64,000 nucleotides of DNA, taken from assembly GCA_965112155.1 (NCBI GenBank), contig OZ218103.1; one strand, given 5' to 3'. Source of the stretch: Podarcis liolepis (taxonomy: Eukaryota). Shown here piece after piece: positions 12,366-21,940 of this stretch. A program made the translations under genes and the position numbers. Numbering within the stretch: the first letter of the stretch is position 1; each line of letters begins with the position of its first letter. A model generated the notes under the pieces. It saw only the letters and a list, made by a program, of their open reading frames with translations, was not told where the DNA came from and searched no databases.

Positions 12366-13238
12366 CTGGGGCCTTGGCTGAGATCTAGGATGTGTACATT
12401 TCCCATTATTTCAACAGCCAATTCTTCTCCGGGTTTTGTTAGGCAGGAAGAGAGTTATAGTTTCTCTAAGTTAGGGATGGGGTTGTGGTGAAATGAGTTC
12501 CTCTAGGCCTCTCTATTTGGTTCTCAGGACTCTCCTCAGGTTACGCCCCATCTCCCCTGACCACAGCTCTTAGTGGCCTTGCTATGCTTCCTCCCTGAGT
12601 GATTTTGCCAGGCTGGAATGTCTCGTTGAAGTGTGTTTAATTTTGTCTCTTGCCTCTTTGCCTCTGGATGGAGGATGGAGAGATGCGTGTGTTGCGTGAA
12701 GGTTGGAATCTACATATTAAAAAACGCTGTGAAATGCTTTTTTTTAAAAAAAACCATTTTGAAAAATACACAGAATCTTTCGTAGCTCACTGTTGCCATC
12801 TAGTGTCACATTTGTATATTGCACTTTACCACACATTTAAAACGTTTTATTTGCAGCTATGTAGCTGAGTCCAAGGTGTCATAACCTCTATTTTTTGCAT
12901 TACTGAAATGTAACCTACTGTACAAAGTTAGGATTCGCATTCATCGCTCCACACACTTTGGCCTCTGGGCCACCCACCGTTGTCCTGCGACTCTCCAGTT
13001 ATCCTATGGGAGGATGGAACCCTCAAAGTGAAAAATATTCCCCACCCGCATGGTTTAAGAAAGTTGTACATCACCCTTTATACAAATATATCTCAGGGCA
13101 CACAAGTAGGATTTACAATAAAATGCAATTGCATAATGAAAATAGTGCAAAAAGCAGAATTAAAACAAAAATGCCTTCTGAAAGTCACACCATCGGAATC
13201 AGACATCAAGATGGGGAACTCAGTTACAGTGTTTAAAA

Positions 13239-13496
13239 CAGGGGTCAGCAATTTTTTTCAGCAGGGGGCCGGTCCACTGTCCCTCAGACCTTGTGGGGGG
13301 CCGGACTATATTTTTTTTGGGGGGGGGGAATATGAATGAATTCCTATGCCCCACAAATAACCTAGAGATGCATTTTAAATAAAACAACACATTCTACTCA
13401 TGTAAAAACATGCTGATTCCCGGACTGATCGTAGGCCGGATGTAGAAGGCGATTGGGCCGGATCCAGCCCCCCAGGCCTTAGTTTGCCTACCCATG
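13239..13496. mobile_element. hAT (Charlie-like) non-autonomous element
   Basis: CAGGGGTCAGCAA...TTGCCTACCCATG with 8-bp TSD GTTTAAAA. Confidence 0.88.
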
Positions 13497-14094
13497 GTTT
13501 AAAATATAGCTTCCTTTTTCATCAGATCTAATAAATCCCTTTGATTTAAGACACCCGAGAGAATAACAAATGCCTTAACCCCGTGCCCCAAAAATAACGA
13601 ATAGGTGCCTGATGACTTTCCCTGGGGACACAGTACCAGGGACTTGTTGGCTTTTGCTGGTACCAATAAAAAAATAAAATCTTTTTTATGTCAACCAGTG
13701 GCCTTTCACCTTATGGGCAATTTGTGGCCTCTAGGATCCCTGAAGAGATACTTGTACTCTACCATGCAAAAACTGAGAAGGAAAGAAACTTTCCATACCT
13801 GTTAGAGAGGCAACCTGAGCAGAGCAACTGTTTGAAAGGTCAGCCACAGCTCTTTGATCCTGGCTGCCACTTCCCACCCCATTGATGACTGGGGGCAGGG
13901 GGAGGTCAGGATGATGGGCAGACTTCATGCTTGTAGGATTTACTTTATTTTTTATTTGGTTTATTATATTTATTTGTTGCTTACCTAAAAAACACTTTGT
14001 TTAAAAATGTCTTATATTATTTTTTTAAGCCCATACAAACTTCCAAGAGGTCCAAAGTTTAACCTCAGAGGATGCTGAGCTGTGGTTAAATGTC

Positions 14095-14262
14095 ATAATA
14101 AGAATAAGAATAAGAATAAGAATAATTTATTATTTATAACCTGCCCATCTGGCTGGGCTTCCCCAGCCACTCTGGGCGGCTTCCAAAAAAATATTAAAAT
14201 ACTGTAATACATCAAACATTAAAAGCTTCCCTAAACAGGGCTGCCTTCAGATGTCTTCTATG
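14095..14262 (-). mobile_element. L2-like LINE 3' fragment with (AAGAAT)n/(AAT)n tail
   Basis: GCCCATCTGGCTGGGCTTCCCCAGCCACTCTGGGCGGCTTCCA; copies at ~2230-2420 and 61506-61612. Confidence 0.6.
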
Positions 14263-16104
14263 AAGGCATCTTAGAGAAGAACATGGGACATGGGAACTAG
14301 TTCCAGGCCTGCCCAAAGTTTACAAAGTTCAGTTATTGCAAAAGTTTTTCAGTGTTAACTTTATGCATTTTTTAAAAATCACCATGGTATTTAACAATAA
14401 TATCTTATGTCCTTTGGAGGAGAAATTGTGAATTGTAGAATTTTAAATACCCATCATCATCCTTGGCTTCACTCAATTTTGCATATAATACTCTTCCACT
14501 TTCTTCTAGTTGTGAGGGTGGAGGAGGGGGAGGGGGCTCACAAGTGGAGTAGCCTAGGGCCTCTCTTCATCTAAATCCGGCCCTGCATTTAGGAAGGGTG
14601 ATAAACAAATGGGAAAGTTTCCTATTAACTGACTTCTTGTGCCCAAATTCACAGCCCATTTTTCAAGCCTTCAGGATAGACATAGCTTTTCATTTGACGC
14701 AGGGATAGGCAACTGCAGTCCTTTAGGCCTCTCTGCCTGGCCCTCAGCACCCTTCCCAGGCCACAACTCTCACAAGCCCCTCTCCATGCCCTCCTTGAGA
14801 ACTTTAGCTTAGATGGGATATATTCTTTTGCTTGCCTAGTTGAAGAGTGGAGAGGGGTGGGTGTATGTGCAGAAACCTTTGCTTTTCTTGTGGCTGGGAA
14901 GTAGATCTATTGCTCCACCCACTTTTACTTCTGGTCATGTTCACTCTGGCCCCATGTGGCCCCCAGAAGGTGGTCTATGAGGGAATGTGGCCCTTGAGCT
15001 AAAATATGGGTTCCCCTCGCCTTCTGTAAATTACAAATTCCAGAAAGGCCCTTGAAACACTACAGCCAACTGTTGCCTGTTAAACACTGTGAGATGCACC
15101 TCCACCTTATTCTGATGCATTTAGATGTTTACAGGCTTTCGCTATCAGAATAATTCCCTTCTGCTTCACATTCTGAGTTCTGAATCTGAAAGAAAAGCAG
15201 GCCTCAGGTGTGTGGGCTATTTCTGGCTTCAGTGCTTCAACACAGTCCTTTGTTTGGAGTCCCTGCTAAGAGGCAACAAAAGCTCTGAAAGGACTACAGG
15301 CGAGATCAGTCCACATGCATTCTGGGTTCCTTACTGTAGTGATTCATAAAGCTTGCATGCAGAACGCCACTTTCACTTGCTGGTTCTTTGCGAAGTCCTG
15401 GCTGCTACATAATATGAGGCTGTTTTCAAAAGTGTTTGAATAGAAAAGACAGTGATGCAGCTATATGGAGTGCACAGAGTGACGGGAAAGGGGAAATGTT
15501 ATGTAGCAGCAGTGCAGTAGAGATGGAGGGCAGGCCTGTGGCCTGGGCAGCACTACACTACAGCATGGCCATAAACTTGTATGTTCAACCACTGAAATAT
15601 ACACCCAATATGTAGAAATGGAGATTTATGCTACTGCTTTATGAATGAAATCTGTGTTTTATGAATGGACTCTGTATTTTCTGAATTACCTAAGAGCCAC
15701 CAATAGGGAGCTCTAGAATCTGATAGCTAACCAATTCGGTACTACCAAACAGCAACCCCTATTGCTGAAAGCAGGTAACCAGTAGGGAATGCTTCAGCTC
15801 AGCCTTTGCACTGTTGACTGAACACCCCCTGCTGTGCAGATAATGGAGAAAGCTCGTAAATTGTATCCCTTCTGGCATCCCGGCCAACTCTATTACGCTC
15901 GTGTAAACCCTGGTGCACCAGAAGCACAGAATAGCAGCAAATAAAATCCGCTCATATGTCAGCAACTGATAAGACTTGTCAACCAGGTCTTCCAAAGTCT
16001 TCCTAAATTATAAAGCTCCAATATACAGGCCAAAAGAGAGCAGGTCTGGGAAGAGTGAGGTATACAATGGGAACCACCAGTGAATAAGCCCTGCTCCGTG
16101 TAAC

Positions 16105-16235
16105 TCCTGCCCTGTCATTTAGGGCAGGGGGTTGGACTCGGTGGCCCTTGTGGTCTCTTCCAACTCTATGATTCTATGATTTAATAGAGAATCTCTATGA
16201 TTCTCTATTAAACTCTATGATTCTATGATTTAACA
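16105..16235 (+). mobile_element. CR1 LINE 3' end with rearranged tail
   Basis: GGGGGTTGGACTCGGTGGCCCTTGTGGTCTCTTCCAACTCTATGATTCTATGAT. Confidence 0.75.
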
Positions 16236-17063
16236 GAGTGCCCACTTGCCCTCCTTCTTGACATGGAATGCTCTCTATTGGAGTCTCCTGGTCCAGTACA
16301 AGGACTATAAGAAGGGAGAGCAGGGACCTTGAAGTTCCCAACAGTTGTTAAGCAAGCAAGCAAGCAAGCAAGCACAGGTCACCTTTGTCACAGTCAGGAC
16401 ACCTATGTCCTGGCCAGGCATGCACCCAATCTTGTTTTTGTGCAATCTTGTTTGTCCTCAGTAACCAAAATTATATTATCAACATATACAAGCAGAAAAG
16501 TTGTGATGGTGTGTGATGCTAATTATTTCCCCCAAGAGTTAAATGATAACTAATCAGAGGCAGCTATAGGAGAGCTATGAGATTCAGGTGAGGGTCAGAT
16601 GACTTGTCAATCCCAGCAGGTATATAAGAGGACGACCCGGCCTGCCTAGGCCTGTTGTCTACCCAGGCCGCAGTAGGGTCTTAGGAAGCCAGGGAAAAAT
16701 TGTTGGGGAGCTAGATTAGGCTTTTGACCTGAGAATTAACCACCTTTGCCCTAAGGTCAGTTGCAGACTCAGTTTCAGTTGTGGAATACTGCACAATTTG
16801 GCTTCACTTTACTCTTAGATGGTACACCATCCAAAATTAATCCCTTGCTTTGCTAATATAAAAAACTGTCATTTTCCCCTTCTGCTGTCTGCCTAACCAG
16901 GAACCTGTGTGTGTTTCCTATATTGTATGGGACAGATCTGGATTATAAATCAAAAATGGGGAGTAACTCTTGCTTCTGTATCCCAGAATCCTTGGTGTGT
17001 ACCCTGCTATATGCAAGACCTAGCACAGACTTTATTTAGCTGATCTCCAGATTAGAACTAAGC

Positions 17064-17171
17064 CAGCTTTTGCCAATTTGGCACCCTCCAGATGTTTTGG
17101 ACTACAGCTGGCTGGAGCTGATGGGAGTTGTAGTCCAAAATTTCTGGAGGGCATCACGTCAGCAAAGACTG
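17064..17171. mobile_element. Palindromic hAT MITE, same family (further decayed copies near 8470, 9340, 9755, 24070, 34400, 51720)
   Basis: CCCTCCAGATGTTTTGGACTACA...TGTAGTCCAAAATTTCTGGAGGG. Confidence 0.75.
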
Positions 17172-17827
17172 AAATAAGGCCTATCTGCACTAGACATTTA
17201 AAGCACCATCATACCACTTGACTTCCCCCAAAGCATCCTGGGAACTGTAGTTTATTACAGTTGTTAGGAGACCCTCTACAGTATTCCCATAATAGAGCTA
17301 CACTTTGCAGAGTTCTTTGGGAAGAGGGATTGATTGGTAAACCCTATGGAAATTGTTCCATATCCTGAACCGCTTTTTTTGTTTCAGACATACTACGTAA
17401 AGGACACTAGAGGGCAATAGCAGGACGTGTTTAGCTAGCAACTTCCCTCTTTGGAGAATAAATGGTGAAACCGTAGTGGCGGCCTTCATTTCCTTTGCGG
17501 CAGCTGTTCTATTCTAGACACGTAGGCAATATGTATCCTTCCCAAGCTTTGCTTGTTTTTAAACCTGATGTTCCCTTGGGTGTGTTTTATATTGCAGCGT
17601 TCTAGGAGCATTTGGGGATTATATAAAACAGTGAACATGTAATTGCCCCAAAGCTTGTCATGGCAATTTTAATGCAATTTTATTTTGCAACCATTTTTCG
17701 TTGTGGTTCTCAAAATGGGAAGTAGGCATCCTAAAAGAGGAAGAGGGAGGTTACCTGGGTAGGCGCAGGCTTCTCTTTCATTCAGACTTAGCTTAGGCTT
17801 TGCATGGTTGGACCAGAAGAGAGAGTA

Positions 17828-18179
17828 AAGGTAAAGGGACCCCTGACCATTAGGTCCAGTCGTGGCCGACTCTGGGGTTGTGGCGCTCATCTTGCTTTAC
17901 TGGCCGAGGGAGCCGGCGTACAGCTTCCAGGTCATGTGGCCAGCATGACTAAGCCACTTCTGACGAACCAGAGCAGCACACGGAAACGCCATTTACCTTC
18001 CCGCTGGAGCGGTACCTATTTATCTACTTGCACTTTGACATGCTTTCGAACTGCTAGGTTGGCAGGAGCAGGGACCGAGCAACGGGAGCTCACCCCATCG
18101 CGGGGATTCGAACCGCCGACCTTCTGATTGGCAAGTCCTAGGGTCTGTGGTTTAACACACAGCGCCACCCGCGTCCCTT
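17828..18179 (-). mobile_element. Full-length Sauria SINE (lacertid type)
   Basis: 5' GGGACGCGGGTGGCGCTGTG, B-box GGTTCGAATCC, 3' (ACCTTT) tail; 12-bp TSD GAAGAGAGAGTA at 17816-17827 and 18180-18191. Confidence 0.92.
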
Positions 18180-18960
18180 GAAGAGAGAGTACCTCTGCTT
18201 AAAACACAGATTAACCTTGCAAAGCTACAAATCCTCATTCTGCGCCATGTAAAGGGGGACTGGGGTGCAACTGAAAGGACCAGGATGTTTGCATGTGGGA
18301 GAAAGTGAAGCAGATGGGCTATGACCAACTGTCTGTTGGACAAAAGTTTCTTGGTGTAATGAGCTCCTGGTGCAATGAGTTTGTTCCCTTGAGGCGAAGG
18401 TGGCTGACCTGCAAAGGTGAGCAAAAGCAGGGAGGTTGGTGGATGAGGCCTTTGGGGCTGTTGTGTCTCACCACCAGGACGATAGGCCCTTTGCTGTCAT
18501 GGAGAAGGAGGGTCTCATAGAAAGAAGGTGTCACTCTGAGGAAGAAGGAAATGATCCCTTAGTTGCAGGGCTGGCCCACCAATGAGGCAGGGTGAGGTAG
18601 TTGCCTCAGGCAGCACCCGACAAAAGCAGCACTGAAGAGGAAGAGGAAGCAGTGGCTAACTCCAGAAGGGCTGCACCAATGTGTGAATGTGTGCAAGGCT
18701 TGTATTTGCATATTATGGATGTAGGAAGTTAGTAGCCAAAGCTAGGGCCAGAATAATGCACTTCTGGCTACCTGCTGTGTATTATATGTGCAAATCACAT
18801 AAATGGCCAAGTCTGAAAACCATCCAAGATACACAACTTCACATTGTCTAGATGGAGCAGGCAGGGCTAACGCAGCTAAGCGGGACTATTCATGAGTATA
18901 TCTGCATAATCCCATCTTTATGGGGAAAGACCCATCAAATTTGGGATATTCATCAAGCAT

Positions 18961-19108
18961 AACAGATAGCTCAGTTGGCTAGAGCATGGTGCTAATAATG
19001 CCAAGGTTGCAGGTTCGATCCCCATATGGGACAGCTGCATCTCCTTGCATTACAAGGGGTTGGGCTAGATGACCCTCAGCGTCCCTTCCAACTCTACAGT
19101 TCTATGAT
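18961..19108 (+). mobile_element. tRNA-Ile(AAT)-derived SINE with CR1-type 3' tail
   Basis: TAGCTCAGTTGGCTAGAGCATGGTGCTAATAATGCCAAGGTTGCAGGTTCGATCCCC followed by GGGTTGGGCTAGATGACC...CCCTTCCAACTCTACAGTTCTATGAT. Confidence 0.8.
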
Positions 19109-19713
19109 ATAACTCTTAATAAGCTGCACTGGTGAGACAACTCGCAATACTGATGGCATCTATTTCGCACCCTCTTCAATTATTTCACAGCCTCTCTTTG
19201 TCTTCACAAAGACCCAGGATGAATGCAAGGATTTGTTCTTTCAGACTGGTTCTGTTTATGTTGATGTCTGCAGATCCACACTCTTAAGACACACTCAGGA
19301 ACAGATTTGGCAAGAACACAAAAAACAATCCATGTCTAGTTAAAAGTAAGTCTCATTGATAACAATGGTGCTCTTCAAGCCCAGGGGCTAAATGTGGCCT
19401 TCTGATCTTCCCTATCTGGCCCTTAGGACTCCCCCAGGACACACCCCTCAATGACCCTGCTGGTTGGAATATGTCTTTGAATTCTGATAGCATTTCTTGC
19501 TTACCTAAATTGAGGATGGAGTGGTAAGGTTTTTTTTAGAAACTGGCTTTTGTGTGGCTGAAAAGTAGCCCACTATAGAAGGGGGGAGGTTTACATTAAT
19601 TGCTCCACCCATTTTGTCTCTGGCCCTCCCATCACTGGCAGGCAGTGCCTTGGAAGAGTGCCCACAAATGAATGTGATTCTTGGGCGGAAAAAGGTTTCC
19701 GTCCCCAGAAGTA

Positions 19714-19955
19714 CAGTGGTACCTCGGGTTACATGTGCTTCAGGTTACAGATGCTTCAGGTTACAGACTCCACTAACCCAGAAATATTACCTTGGGTTAA
19801 GAACTTTGCTTCAGGATGAGAACAGAAATCGTGTTCCGGCGGCACAGCAGTAGCAGGAGGCCCCATTAGTTAAAGTGGTGCTTCAGGTTAAGAACAGTTT
19901 CAGGTTAAGAACGGACCTCTGGAACAAATTAAGTACTTAACCTGAGGTACCACTG
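19714..19955. mobile_element. Tc1/mariner (pogo/Tigger-type) MITE
   Basis: TA|CAGTGGTACCTCGGGTTA...TAACCTGAGGTACCACTG|TA; near-identical to 56701-56926. Confidence 0.9.
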
Positions 19956-21243
19956 TATAGGATTGCTGTTTAGGTTTGTTTTATTTTTTTGCTGAAGCCC
20001 GAGCTATTTCAGAAGTATTGTTTTGCTCTGCTTTCTGTTTTCAGTATAACTGAATAATTTTAGGTGACTCAGACTCATGGAGATGCGGAAGAAAATCATT
20101 TCACTGAGCGATTCATATTGCTCTGTATCCTGTTTTGTAATGCTGTCTGACTTCATCATGATAACCTGTGTGTACTATATACAGCCGGCATCCCCACCGC
20201 ACAGACACCCTTCTGGGTGCTCACCAAGGCCCCTTGGCCCTCTTTCTTTATTGATTTACTGTATTTAGTTTTAGGTTTGGCTATGTGGGCTGCTTGTTTG
20301 TATAGGGGTGCTTTTTGTATTTTATTTGCTTTGGGGGAGCATACAGCTGTTTTTCTGGTGTGGTGGAATAATTCTGAGCATCACTAGTTTTTCTTCAGTA
20401 AAATGGACACTTATCAGTGCCCAAGACAGATTTCCAAATGTGTCTCCATAAAGTCAAAAAGTTTGAGGATCCCCAGTACATAGTATTGTAGTGGAGACAT
20501 GTGACACCATATGTGTGTTTTTATTTACTTATTAAAAATCAGTCAATCATATGCATGCCATTAATAAGAGATTGGGCAACAGCTCTTAAAGTATTTATTA
20601 GAGTTATTTCATGGCACTACCAGCTTCATCTGAAATATGGAAATTATGAAATACAGTATAGACTGGCTGTAATCACACCAATTTAAAATATTAATAGTGA
20701 TAAGAATGATATCATCTTCAAGTCTCAGCTCTTCCTGACTGCCTGAAATAGAAAGATTCAGCCTGAGTTTCTTCACCACCTCCTTTTTGAAAAAAAGAGG
20801 GACAATAGCTGTGAATTATATTTGCATTTGCATTTTAAAAGTTAAGAACCAGAAAACATTCACATTTTTCACACACGCTAATTCTTGAGTTTGAAAGAGA
20901 GTGAACCCCTCTGCCTTAAATTATTGGGGTGGAAGTGGAGACATATTGCTGACAAATCATTGCAGTGAAAAAATGACTGGATTTCACAACGTTTTCCTAT
21001 GAACAACCCTGCCGTTTTTTACCCTGAAACACGTGCGCCTCCGACAAAGGAAATACAGGTTGGCATTGTCCTTCTTATGCTATAGTCCTATATTCCAAGG
21101 ATGAGAAACCTCTGCGCACCCCACACCCCGATCCTGATGGGACTCCATCAGGTCCAGCCCATATGGCCAATAGTCAGAAGATTTGTAAGATAGTCTACAA
21201 TACATGGAAGGTGGGATGCCCTGAGAGCTATCAGCACCCACAA

Positions 21244-21390
21244 ACTACAGTTCCCAATATTCTTTGCGGGAACTAAGCGGCATAATACAGTACTCCTTTG
21301 GATCTATCATGGGGGCCTTAGTCAGTCTCCCCGCGCGCCCCTTAGTGGGAGATGGAGACGCATCCCTTGACTACATTTCCCAGGGTGCCT
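21244..21390 (+). promoter_or_regulatory. Two ZNF143/THAP11 (SBS-type) motifs in the GNAI3 promoter
   Basis: ACTACAGTTCCCAATATTCTTTGCG (21244) and ACTACATTTCCCAGGGTGCCT (21370) match ACTACAnnTCCCA. Confidence 0.7.
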
Positions 21391-21940
21391 TTCAAGCTCT
21401 CGTCAGTGGCCCGTGGAGAGGCGGAAGCTGGACGGGTTTCCGGTGCCTCTCTCTCCCCCCCCTCCTCCGCCCAGCTCGTTCTCCTCCCGAGTCCGCGGCC
21501 GTTGAGGAGAGCGAGAGGTGCCGCCCGCCTCTCCCGTCCTGTCGCCGCCGCCGCTGCCGCTATGGGCTGTACGCTGAGCGCCGAGGACAAGGCGGCGGCC
21601 GAGCGGAGCCGCATGATAGACCGCAACCTGCGCGAAGACGGCGAGAAGGCGTCCAAGGAGGTGAAGCTGCTTCTTCTCGGTAAGGAAGCGGGCGAGGAGG
21701 GTGCGGCCGGGGCCTGCTCCGCCGGCGGCCCCGGGGTGGGGCGAGGGGCAGGGACGGGGCAGCCGGGCCCCGTGAGGAGAGGCCGAGGTGGCGATTCTCT
21801 TTTAACCGGGCGCTCCCCGTTGGTGGCCCGGGCTGGCCCTCCCGTGGCTCCCGGGCACGTCCCGCAGCTTACTCGCGAGCAAGAGGGAGCGAGGCGGCCC
21901 AGCCCAAGAGCTCCTCTTGGTCCAGCTGCCGCTTTCTGAC
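21330..21940. promoter_or_regulatory. CpG island / promoter of GNAI3
   Basis: Only strongly GC- and CpG-rich segment in the window; surrounds exon 1; ETS-like GGCGGAAG (~21420) and TTCCGG (~21438). Confidence 0.9.
21562..21679 (+). CDS. GNAI3: G protein alpha-i3, coding exon 1 (118 nt)
   Basis: [39 protein letters not shown]; myristoylation/palmitoylation MGC; donor G|GTAAGG. Confidence 0.97.

Noticed and set aside
18961-19035. Functional tRNA-Ile gene
   Set aside because: Acceptor stem is degenerate, CpG-decay substitutions are present, and it runs into a CR1-type tail; this is a SINE head
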